Origin: Candidatus Krumholzibacteriia bacterium
GTDB taxonomy: Bacteria; Krumholzibacteriota; Krumholzibacteriia; LZORAL124-64-63
Length of the DNA: 11,637 nucleotides
NCBI GenBank assembly: GCA_046484865.1
Contig: JAWOID010000050.1
Location: forward strand, 1-11,637
Reading direction: 5' to 3'
In this document: positions 1 through 7,686 of the stretch, piece by piece
Numbering within the stretch: position 1 is the stretch's first letter
Layout of the letters: each line of letters opens with the position of its first letter
Position numbers and translations under genes: made by a program
The notes under the pieces: generated by a model
What the model was told of the DNA's origin: nothing
Seen by the model: only the letters and a program-made list of their open reading frames with translations
Databases searched by the model: none

Positions 1-624
1 GTTCAACTGTTTGGCCAGGTTGTTGAGTCCCCTGTCGGTAACCTCCCAGTCAAGTTCAAGGATGGCGGCCTGGATTCCCTGGAGGTCCTTGTGCTCTGTC
101 AGGGGGAGCGGCGCGGAGACTTCTTCGGTCGCAACGGCGGCCGTTCCATGTTTTTGTGCAATCTGGTGCTGGAGGATTTTGAACTTCCGGACATCCGCTT
201 TCAGAAGTGCGGTGATTTCGGCCCCGGTGATATGTTCGGAGGAGAGAATTTTTTCGAAATCGTAATAGAGGGTGAGCAGCAATTTAATGGAATTGGGATG
301 GGCGGAGGCGCCTTCACTTTGAATATATTTTCCGATTTTATCGAGCCCCTGCAGGTAAACCTGTGAAACCTTGTCGTGGGCAAATTGATCCAGATGCTTC
401 AGGTGGGCGATCTCCCCGTTGAGGTCCTGAAGTATTTCATCGGTTATCTCCCAGTCCAGGGAAAGAATAATGGATTTAAGGTGGGTAAGTGGAGAATCTT
501 CCTCGCTGGTGAATTCGAACAGGTCTACCGCATCCGTAGCGAAATCCTCATCAAGAAAGCGGGTCAGGTCATCCACCTCTTCCATGCCTGGTTTTTTGTT
601 TGGATTGTTCTGCGAGTTATTCAT
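1..624 (-). CDS. Uncharacterised helical-repeat protein ('LDWE' repeat) downstream of mglA; 3'-partial, runs off window
   Basis: Manual translation gives a stop-free frame from ATG at 624 to base 1: MNNSQNNPNKKPGMEEVDDLTRFLDEDFATDAVDLFEFTSEEDSPLTHLKSIILSLDWEITDEILQDLNGEI...DLQGIQAAILELDWEVTDRGLNNLAKQLN. It starts 34 nt after the mglA stop on the same strand. An alternative ATG lies at 585. The ORF track lacks it, presumably because no stop falls in the window. Confidence 0.85.
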   Translation of the reverse strand, partial: MNNSQNNPNKKPGMEEVDDLTRFLDEDFATDAVDLFEFTSEEDSPLTHLKSIILSLDWEITDEILQDLNGEIAHLKHLDQFAHDKVSQVYLQGLDKIGKYIQSEGASAHPNSIKLLLTLYYDFEKILSSEHITGAEITALLKADVRKFKILQHQIAQKHGTAAVATEEVSAPLPLTEHKDLQGIQAAILELDWEVTDRGLNNLAKQLN

Positions 625-658
625 GTGTTCAGCGCTGCCCGGTTCAATATTGACGTCT

Positions 659-1264
659 TTATGAGAGCTTCTTCTGAATTGACACAACAGTCAGTGAGAT
701 TATTTTTTTCAAGGTTTCCGGAACATTATATCCAGTCAGGGCACTGGCCTCAAAAGAGGGTACCTTCAGTTTGCTGTTGAGGTCTTTTTCCATGATTTCG
801 GTCGGCAATATCGGAACCCCCTGGTTGCGCAGGTCCACCTTGTTGTATTGCATGACCAGGGGGATGCGGAAAATGGATTCCTTCTGACCAAGGAGATTTT
901 CATGGAGCTGGTTCAGGGAGCCGATGTTCTTTTCCCGCATCTGCTTCTGGGAGTCGGCGACAAACACGATGCCGTCCACGCCCTTGAGGACGAGTTTCCG
1001 GGTTGCATTGTATTTAACCTGACCGGGAACGGTATACAGCTGGATTTTCATGTCAAAACCCTTGATCTGCCCCATGTCGAAAGGAAGGAAGTCAAAGAAC
1101 AGGGTCCGGTCCCCGTGGGTTTTCAGGCTGACCATTTCCGATTGGATCTGTTTTTTGAAACGGCGGTTGATGTATTCAAGATTTGTGGTTTTGCCGCCAC
1201 GGCCGGGACCGTAGTAGACAATTTTGATTTGAACGATTTTGTCTTTAAGGTTAATGAAGCTCAA
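659..1264 (-). CDS. mglA: MglA-family small Ras-like GTPase (motility/cell-polarity)
   Basis: MSFIN...IKIVYYGPGRGGKTTNL (G1), DRTLFFDFLP (switch I with intrinsic Arg), LYTVPGQVKYNATRKLVLKGVDGIVFVADSQ (G3), YNKVD (G4), EASA (G5). TTG start preceded by AGGAG. Confidence 0.96.
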   Translation of the reverse strand: MSFINLKDKIVQIKIVYYGPGRGGKTTNLEYINRRFKKQIQSEMVSLKTHGDRTLFFDFLPFDMGQIKGFDMKIQLYTVPGQVKYNATRKLVLKGVDGIVFVADSQKQMREKNIGSLNQLHENLLGQKESIFRIPLVMQYNKVDLRNQGVPILPTEIMEKDLNSKLKVPSFEASALTGYNVPETLKKIISLTVVSIQKKLS

Positions 1265-1333
1265 GTTATTCTCCTGCTGACGGTGTTCCAGTATAGAATC
1301 AAGCCTGCCGCATACTGGAATGCTATTGCCGCT

Positions 1334-1726
1334 TTATACCCAAAGCTTCTTTATTTCCTCAATGGCTTCGACAACGTTGAGTCGAAGGAAGCCGAGAGAA
1401 ATTTCCTTGCCGAACATGCTTATCAGCAGTAATTCATCGTCGATTTTACTGAAATGGATGTTGCAGTCGGTTCCCTTGTGAAACAGCAGGGAAAATTCCT
1501 GCTCCCCGACCAGCTTGGCCATGGCATCGACCGTGGCGAAGTTACCGGCCGCCAGGGCGGCAAATGAATACACATCGTATTTATTTTTGCCGTTGTCCTT
1601 GGCCGTAATGATGTTGCCGGCCATATCAATGATAATGACACAGTCAACACCTATTTTGATGAGTTTGTTCGTCAGAATCTCATCCATTTTTTCAAGCTGT
1701 TCTTGACTGACAACACCGTAATTCAT
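1334..1726 (-). CDS. mglB: MglB-like Roadblock/LC7 domain protein (cognate GAP of MglA)
   Basis: IIIDMAGNII, SFAALAAGNFATVDAMAKLVGEQEFSLLFHKG and SLGFLRL match the MglB pattern. It lies directly upstream of mglA and has a GAGG RBS. Confidence 0.93.
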   Translation of the reverse strand: MNYGVVSQEQLEKMDEILTNKLIKIGVDCVIIIDMAGNIITAKDNGKNKYDVYSFAALAAGNFATVDAMAKLVGEQEFSLLFHKGTDCNIHFSKIDDELLLISMFGKEISLGFLRLNVVEAIEEIKKLWV

Positions 1727-1763
1727 GATTTTACCTCTTTATCGGGCTTGATAACTACGCACT

Positions 1764-1808
1764 ATTATAGAAAAAATGCAGATACTTACCTAATCAGGGT
1801 ATAGTATA
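1764..1808 (-). promoter_or_regulatory. Candidate -10 elements for the mglB-mglA operon
   Basis: Minus-strand TATAAT (1769-1764) and TATACT (1808-1803) in an AT-rich intergenic region. No convincing -35. Confidence 0.35.
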
Positions 1809-1956
1809 CGATAGAAAAATAATTATATGAAGGTGTTTTTGCTGATTTTATTATTTTTAAGCAATATCATCCCGGCCGAATCCTCCTTTTCCCTGGTGCA
1901 TAACCACGCATTGTTCTTGCTCCTCTGTGCCGCTGTCGTAATAAATGCAGTCATCA

Positions 1957-2004
1957 TCACCGCAGCCTCTTTCGCTTTTTTCCCTGCCGGTTTTTTTGCT
2001 TGGC
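1957..2004 (-). pseudogene. Possible 3' remnant of a gene from the moderate-GC segment (basic tail AKQKNRQGKKRKRLR*)
   Basis: A Lys/Arg-rich tail in A-rich codons ends at TGA 1959-1957. Upstream of ~2005 the frame is GC-rich and does not look protein-like. Confidence 0.35.
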
Positions 2005-2100
2005 AGGACGATGACCGCCAGCACTGCGAATGCCCGCGGATGAGCCGCCGCCGGCCGGGCCCTCCTGGTCAGGGCGGTCAGGATCGGCACCATGGTCATG
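2005..2100 (-). pseudogene. 5' fragment of an exported-protein gene (signal-peptide-like), truncated at junction
   Basis: Strong RBS GAGGGAGG, then ATG 2100: MTMVPILTALTRRARPAAAHPRAFAVLAVIVL (basic n-region, start of h-region). The frame then runs into compositionally different sequence (PSKKTGREK...) and stops at 1857. It starts 25 nt downstream of DUF2892, where TolC/RND genes are commonly found (inference). Confidence 0.55.
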
Positions 2101-2125
2101 CAACCTCCCTCGCTGCCGGTTCCGG

Positions 2126-2338
2126 TCAGGCGCGGTTCCGCGCCGGCGCCTGCTCGGGGACACCCTTCTTGCGCAGGATCGTGATCAGCGGACACCAGTC
2201 GGTGAACGCGCTCTGCAGCAGGTTCAGCCCGACGAAGGCGGTGAACAGCAGCCAGTACTCGCTGTGCACCTGCGCAAGCAGCAGGCTGACCAGCACGAAC
2301 GAGCCGGCCACCAGGCGGAGAATGCGATGCATGGTCAT
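2126..2338 (-). CDS. DUF2892 / YgaP-like small membrane protein
   Basis: RILRLVAGSFVLVSLLL...YWLLFTAFVGLNLLQSAFTDWCPL is the typical two-TM pattern with GLNLLQS..T.WCP motif. AGGAGGA RBS. Confidence 0.9.
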   Translation of the reverse strand: MTMHRILRLVAGSFVLVSLLLAQVHSEYWLLFTAFVGLNLLQSAFTDWCPLITILRKKGVPEQAPARNRA

Positions 2339-2398
2339 GATCGTCCTCCTTCGGCCTCATGGGCGCGAGGGTTCTAATATGCTTAGCTTCGAAACAGA

Positions 2399-2426
2399 AA
2401 TATATCACCACGACCGCTCCTGTCAA
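2399..2426 (-). promoter_or_regulatory. Sigma70-type promoter for DUF2892 operon
   Basis: Minus strand TTGACA (2426-2421)-N16-TATATT (2404-2399), with an extended -10 TGn. Confidence 0.7.
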
Positions 2427-2660
2427 GGCCCTCAAATGACAATACCATCTCTTTTCACCGCGGGATCCGCAACACCCGTCCCGCTGAAGGTGAACCGGCG
2501 CCACGACTTGAAGTCTGCGGCGTGACGGGACAACTCGGCATCATGGCCAGGAGCCGGACACAATTTGCGTGGAAGAACGCAGGGCTTGCCCAAGGGGGTC
2601 GTGGGGCGTTTCTTGGAGACCGCACCTCTCGCCCAGCGGAGCGCTCCGCGCGGAGGTCTC

Positions 2661-3599
2661 ATGCAGCCCGATCGCCAGCTCCTCATCGCCAGTCCGCGCG
2701 GTTTCTGTGCCGGCGTGGAACGGGCCATCGACGTGGTCGAGCGCCTGCTCGAACAGCGCGGCGCGCCCATCTACGTGCGCAAGGAGATCGTGCACAACCA
2801 GGCCGTCGTCGCCGATTTCCGGCGGCGCGGCGTGGTCTTCGTCGAGGAACTCGACGAGGTTCCGGACGGGGCGATGGTCGTCTTCAGCGCTCACGGGATC
2901 TCGCCGGCGGTGCGACGGGAAGCGGAACTCCGCGGGCTCGCGACCGTGGACGCCACCTGCCCGCTGGTGACCAAGGTGCACCGTGGCGTGCAGCGGCATG
3001 CGCGCGCGGGCCGGCGGATCATCCTGATCGGTCACGAGGGGCACGACGAGGTGCTCGGGACCACGGGGGAGGCTCCCGATGCGATCACCCTGGTCACCAG
3101 CTGCGAGGACGTCGCATCCCTCGACCTGCCGGACGACGAGGAGATCGCCTACGTCACGCAGACGACCTTGAGTGTCGACGAGACGGCGCAGATCGTGGCG
3201 GCGTTGCGGAAACGCTTTCCCCGCCTGGTGGAGCCGCGGCGGAGCGACATCTGCTACGCCACCCAGAACCGGCAGGACGCCGTGAAGGAACTGCTGCGGC
3301 AGGGCGTCACCCACCTGCTGGTCGTGGGATCGGCGAACAGCAGCAACAGCCAGCGGCTCGGCGAGGCCGCCCGGCGCCTGGGCGCCACCGCCACGCTCGT
3401 GGACGGTCCGGACGACGTGGACCTGGCTCTGCTCGGCGGCCACCGCCTCGTCGGACTGACCGCGGGCGCATCCGCACCGGAGCACCTGGTGCAGGCCGTC
3501 GTCACGAAGCTCTCGGCCGCCGGCTATGCACCGCGGGAAGTGACTGTCCTCGAGGAGGATGTACGCTTCAGTCTCCCGCCCGAACTGCACTCCGACTAG
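2661..3599 (+). CDS. ispH: 4-hydroxy-3-methylbut-2-enyl diphosphate reductase (IspH/LytB)
   Basis: ASPRGFCAGVERAI, EIVHN, FSAHG, DATCPLVTKVH, IGHEGHDEV, TQTTLS, DICYATQNRQ, VGSANSSNS and GLTAGASAPE motifs; three 4Fe-4S Cys. GGAGG precedes ATG 2661, preferred over the ORF-track start at 2565. Confidence 0.97.
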   Translation: MQPDRQLLIASPRGFCAGVERAIDVVERLLEQRGAPIYVRKEIVHNQAVVADFRRRGVVFVEELDEVPDGAMVVFSAHGISPAVRREAELRGLATVDATCPLVTKVHRGVQRHARAGRRIILIGHEGHDEVLGTTGEAPDAITLVTSCEDVASLDLPDDEEIAYVTQTTLSVDETAQIVAALRKRFPRLVEPRRSDICYATQNRQDAVKELLRQGVTHLLVVGSANSSNSQRLGEAARRLGATATLVDGPDDVDLALLGGHRLVGLTAGASAPEHLVQAVVTKLSAAGYAPREVTVLEEDVRFSLPPELHSD

Positions 3600-3629
3600 C
3601 GGCCTGGGTGGCAGCCCTGCCGATCCGAG

Positions 3630-3695
3630 CTATATCGGAGTTATATAGGTCTGAAACCGTTTGACTTTGACTTGCCGGGCGAAGCTGCCTAATGT
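3630..3695 (+). promoter_or_regulatory. Sigma70-type promoter of ArsR gene with upstream inverted repeat
   Basis: TTGACT (3667-3672)-N17-TAATGT (3690-3695). CTATAT-N7-ATATAG inverted repeat at 3630-3648. Confidence 0.55.
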
Positions 3696-3802
3696 TCGGG
3701 AATGTCCATGTGGCATGCTGCGCAGTTGCAGACACGCGCAGCCCCCGGCCGGTCGGGCGCACACCGGCGGCTGGTCGAAGGCAGCGAGCGAAGAGGCATG
3801 TG

Positions 3803-4141
3803 ATGGAGAAGAAACTCTACGAGATGCAAGCGGAACTGTGCAAGACGCTCTCCAATCCGAAGCGCCTGGAGATCCTCGACATCCTGAAGGAACGTGAGGA
3901 GATCTCGGTGAACGCCCTGGCCGAGTTGCTGGACATCCCCAAGGCGAACACGTCGCAGCACCTGGCGGTGTTGCGCGGGGCCGGCGTGGTGAACACCCGC
4001 AAGGATGGGATCAACGTCTACTATAGCCTGCGTTCGGCCAAGATCTCGGAGGCCTGTTCTCTGACGCGGCAGATCCTGCTCGAGCGCCTCGAGGACCATG
4101 TGGGCCTGTCGGACCTGATCAAGAAGAACTCGGAGGGCTAA
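3803..4141 (+). CDS. ArsR/SmtB-family transcriptional regulator
   Basis: AELCKTLSNPKRLEILDIL...SVNALAELLDIPKANTSQHLAVLRGAGVVNTRKDGINVYYSL winged HTH. GAGG upstream of ATG 3803. The stop overlaps the convergent ATPase stop. Confidence 0.93.
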   Translation: MEKKLYEMQAELCKTLSNPKRLEILDILKEREEISVNALAELLDIPKANTSQHLAVLRGAGVVNTRKDGINVYYSLRSAKISEACSLTRQILLERLEDHVGLSDLIKKNSEG

Positions 4142-7100
4142 CCCGGCTTGCCGATGAGCGGCCTGCTGCCGTCGCCGGCGGCCACGGCCGACCAGAACGC
4201 GTTCACCAGCCGACCCGGATCGGCGGGCGCGAGCCGCCCGTCCTGCAACTCGTCGCGGCACCGCTCCACGACCGCCGTGACGATCTCGTCCCGCGTGAGC
4301 ACCGGCCGCTCATCCACGTGACCGCCGGACCTCAATTCCGCCTCGAACTCGTCGGCCTTGCTGCGCCGGAAGCCCGAGAGACGTCCTTCACGCAGAGCTT
4401 CAACGAGCGCACGGCCGTCGCCTTCCAGTTCACCGGCCAGGGCGATCATGTCGCTCCGGTAGCGGTCGGTGACCGCCAGGCTGCCACGGACCACTTCCGG
4501 GGTGACCGGTCGCCCTCGTCCCTCTCGCCAGCGACCGAGGAACACCTCCAGCACCTTTGCACGTGCGGCGACCCGGGCGTCCTGCGCCGCGTCGACCAGG
4601 TCCGCCGCCCGCAGGCCTTGCCGGCGGGCGCGCCAGACGCCGACCGTCTCGGTGCCGGAGCGCAGGAGCATCTCGAGCAGCGGCAGGTCGTCCTGCAACA
4701 GGTAGTACAGCGGTGCGCAGCCCGGCGCGGACCAGGGCTGGAGCTGGGCCACCGAGACGGCTGCCGCGTACGAGGCGGCGTCGTGACCGGCGGCCGGCGG
4801 CACGGACCGAGGCGGCGGAGGTGTGAACCGCGGGCGCGGAGCGGCGGCGGCCAGGCGGCGCACCGCCGCCAGGTCCACCACCTGGGGAGCCGGCTCGGCG
4901 GCACAGGCGAGGGCGTCCTGCCACGCGTGGACGTCGGCCGGATCGCAGGTCAGGTAGACGATCTGCCGGCCCTGCTCGCGGGCGATGCGGGCCAGGCTGA
5001 GCGCCACCGCCTCGAAGCGTTCGGGGTCGCTGGCGGTGAGGGCCTCGTCCAGCAGCAACGGCAAGGGGGAGGCGGGTTCGCTCTCCAGCACGAAGGCCAG
5101 GCGGGCGGCCAGCAGCAACTGCGCCCGGGTCCCGTCCGAGAGCTGGTGCAGGCCGAGGCTGGCCTCGGTCTCGCTGTCCTGCGCGCAGAACTGCGGGCCC
5201 GACCCGGTCCGCAGCGGCCGGGTGAGACGATACCGGCCCGCGGTGAAGATGCCCAGCAGCTCGCTCGCGCGCTCCAGCAATTCGGGGGCGCGCCGCCGGT
5301 CATGCTCCTCGCGCGTCTCGGTCAGCAGCAGGCGCGCGAGGTCGTCGTCCTGCACCTCGCGGCAGCGCTCCGTCAACGCCAGGCGGGCCGCCTCCTCGGC
5401 GGCGAGGGCGTCCTGCAGGTTGCTGGCGGCGCGCGCGGCGTCGAGGCCGGTGCGGATCCGGGTCAGCTCGGTGAGCAGCGCGTCGTGACGTCCGGCCAGC
5501 GGCGCGTCGTCGTCCACCCGCTCCTGCAACTCGGCCGCGCTCAGAGCCAGCAGCGCTTCCACGGCGAGGCCGGCCTCGGCGGCGTCGCGTTCGACGTCGC
5601 GGCGGCGCTGTTCCCGGCGCACCGCCGCGTCGTCCGCAGCCCGGCGCGCACGGGGGTACTGCTCCAGCAGCTCCAGCCGCCTGACTACCTCCGCGGGATC
5701 ACCGCCGGCGCAGCCCAGCCGCCGGTGGAGGAGGGTCCGCTCCTCGATCAGGAGGTCGCGGCGGGACTGCAGCTCCTTCAGCTCGGCGCTCGCCAGGTCC
5801 TCCTCGCGGAGGGCCTCGCTCAGTTCCCGGCTCCGCTCGGCGAGCGCCGCCGCCTCGCTCTGGGCGTCGATCAGCCCCTCGGGCCGGCGGCCGCCATGCG
5901 CGTCGAGCAACGCGGCGACCGCGAGCAGCTCGGCGTCGCGCCGTAGCTCCGTCTCGTGCGCTGCGGCGGCCCGCGCGGCGTGCTCCTCGCGCTGCTGATG
6001 GTAGTCACGGACGCGGCGGCTGAACTCCAGCACGTCGGTGTCCGCGCGCAGCGGGGCGGCGCCGGTCGTGCGGGCCAGCTCCGGCAGCGCGGCCGCGAGC
6101 CGGTCATGCTCGGCGGCGGCGGTTTCGCGCTGCGCCTCGAGCGATCGCCGCAACTCCGCGCGCGCGGCGTCGGCGGCGACCTCGGCCTCCAGACGCGTCA
6201 GCTCGCGCTGCGCGGCATCCAGCTCCGCGTCGCTCCAGCCGCCGGGCCGCGCCGCTTCGGGCAGCCCCAGGACAGCGTACGCTCGCGCTGCCGACCGGCG
6301 AGCGTCGTCGACCCGCTTCCGGGCACGGTGCGTCCGCCAGGCGAACGCCAGGCCCGCCGCCGCCGTCAGGCCGAGCGCCACCCGCGCCGCGGTGATCGCC
6401 AGCTGCGGCGACAGCAGCACGACGGCGGCGGCGATGACCAGGCCGGCGAGGACGACGAGCGAGATGGACCGTGCGCCGGCCGGGTCCGCGCCGGCGAACC
6501 GGACGCTCTGCAGGATGTCGCGGCCGCGCGCAAGTTGCGCCGCGGTGAAAGCCGGCCCCGGGTCGCGAAGCACGGGATGCGCCAGCAGCGTCTCGGCGGC
6601 CTGAGCACGGGCGCGAACCGCGCCGACGCTGCGCAGGTGCTCCTCGGCGCGGCCGACCGCTTCCGGGGCCACGGCCCGTGCCGTCTCGGCGTTCCAGGCG
6701 GGATCGAGCGTCTCGGCCGACCGCGCCAGCCGGGCGACCGCCTGCTCGCGCTGCGACCGGAGCTGCTTGAACTCCACCTCCAGCTGCTGCAGGTTGTCGA
6801 GATGTCGGCGTAAGCGTTCCGCGTCCGCCGGGGGCACCGGCCCCCGGGGCAGCACCGAGTCCTGGACCTGCCGCCTTGCCGCAGCGAGTCTCGCCTCGGT
6901 CAGGGCGATCTTGCGCTCGAGGTCGTGCAACTGCTCCGCGATGCTCTCCAGCCGCTCGGCCTCGCCGCCGGTGGCTTCCGCCAGTTCCGGCGGGTACGCG
7001 GCGATCTCGACGCGGGCGGCCTGCAACTCGCGGTCGACCCCGTTCAGCACCAGCGCCTGCTGCCAGGCCACCAGCCGTGCGGCGGCGGCCCGGCTGGCCG

Positions 7101-7686
7101 CCAGGTCGCGCTCGAGTTGCGCCAGCTCGTCCTCCTGCGCGGCGAGTTCGCGGTGCTGCCGGCGCACGCCCGCGGACGCTCCCGCAGCTTTCTGCAACTC
7201 CCGGCGCTCCCTCGTTCCCGGGCGGTCCGGGACGGCGAAGCCGCCGCGATCGCGCGGTTCGCGCAGCAGCCGATCGACGTTGTAGCCGCCCGCCAGCCGG
7301 GTCAGGATCGACTCGGCGAGCGAGCTGTCGTCCTGGTCGGCCTCGCGCTTGAGGAGATCGAGGGCGCCGAGCCGGTAGAATGCCGCCGAGCTCGCGGGTG
7401 GAAGGTCGGGGGGCGCAGCCGGCGACCCGTCGCGCTGCCATTCCGGCGGTGCGTCGCCTTCGCGGGCGACCCGCCAGGTGGAGCCGTCGTCCTCCAGCAG
7501 GGCGGCGGCGGCGAACGGCAGCACCGGCCGGTCCTCGGCCCACAGGAGATGCCGCAAGGCGCGGGCGAGCGACGTCTTGCCCGAACCGTTCGGCCCGCAG
7601 ATCAGGTTGACCCCCGGCGACAGCGTCAGCTCGAACGGAACCGAGATGCCGGGCAAGCGGTCGATCTTCAGCCTACGCAGTTGCAC
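4138..7686 (-). CDS. YhaN/Rad50(SbcC)-like SMC-type ATPase with central hydrophobic hairpin and C-terminal extension (~1182 aa)
   Basis: GTG 7686 after AAGGAGG. Walker A GPNGSGKT, long Ala/Glu/Arg/Leu coiled coil, signature LSDGTRAQLLLAARLA, Walker B/D-loop LLLDEALTASD, then IVYLTCD. Overlaps the upstream nuclease gene by 14 nt. Confidence 0.9.
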   Translation of the reverse strand: MQLRRLKIDRLPGISVPFELTLSPGVNLICGPNGSGKTSLARALRHLLWAEDRPVLPFAAAALLEDDGSTWRVAREGDAPPEWQRDGSPAAPPDLPPASSAAFYRLGALDLLKREADQDDSSLAESILTRLAGGYNVDRLLREPRDRGGFAVPDRPGTRERRELQKAAGASAGVRRQHRELAAQEDELAQLERDLAASRAAAARLVAWQQALVLNGVDRELQAARVEIAAYPPELAEATGGEAERLESIAEQLHDLERKIALTEARLAAARRQVQDSVLPRGPVPPADAERLRRHLDNLQQLEVEFKQLRSQREQAVARLARSAETLDPAWNAETARAVAPEAVGRAEEHLRSVGAVRARAQAAETLLAHPVLRDPGPAFTAAQLARGRDILQSVRFAGADPAGARSISLVVLAGLVIAAAVVLLSPQLAITAARVALGLTAAAGLAFAWRTHRARKRVDDARRSAARAYAVLGLPEAARPGGWSDAELDAAQRELTRLEAEVAADAARAELRRSLEAQRETAAAEHDRLAAALPELARTTGAAPLRADTDVLEFSRRVRDYHQQREEHAARAAAAHETELRRDAELLAVAALLDAHGGRRPEGLIDAQSEAAALAERSRELSEALREEDLASAELKELQSRRDLLIEERTLLHRRLGCAGGDPAEVVRRLELLEQYPRARRAADDAAVRREQRRRDVERDAAEAGLAVEALLALSAAELQERVDDDAPLAGRHDALLTELTRIRTGLDAARAASNLQDALAAEEAARLALTERCREVQDDDLARLLLTETREEHDRRRAPELLERASELLGIFTAGRYRLTRPLRTGSGPQFCAQDSETEASLGLHQLSDGTRAQLLLAARLAFVLESEPASPLPLLLDEALTASDPERFEAVALSLARIAREQGRQIVYLTCDPADVHAWQDALACAAEPAPQVVDLAAVRRLAAAAPRPRFTPPPPRSVPPAAGHDAASYAAAVSVAQLQPWSAPGCAPLYYLLQDDLPLLEMLLRSGTETVGVWRARRQGLRAADLVDAAQDARVAARAKVLEVFLGRWREGRGRPVTPEVVRGSLAVTDRYRSDMIALAGELEGDGRALVEALREGRLSGFRRSKADEFEAELRSGGHVDERPVLTRDEIVTAVVERCRDELQDGRLAPADPGRLVNAFWSAVAAGDGSRPLIGKPG

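Noticed and set aside
11..1706. Plus-strand ORFs 11-265, 91-366, 376-780, 470-664, 848-1432 and 1515-1706
   Set aside because: Antisense shadows of the LDWE-repeat gene, mglA and mglB, with no family motifs.
1..2010. Moderate-GC segment as a mobile element or genomic island
   Set aside because: No integrase, transposase, terminal repeats or tRNA target is visible, and the content is chromosomal-type polarity genes. It cannot be fully excluded because the other end lies outside the window.
1827..2525. ORFs 1827-2525 (+) and 1857-2504 (-) as real full-length proteins
   Set aside because: They span the compositional junction and overlap the clear DUF2892 gene and its promoter. Only the 2100-2005 portion has start signals.
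2522..3664. Alternative-frame and antisense ORFs over ispH (380 aa, 349 aa), and the 2565 start
   Set aside because: High-GC shadow ORFs. IspH homology and the RBS begin at 2661.
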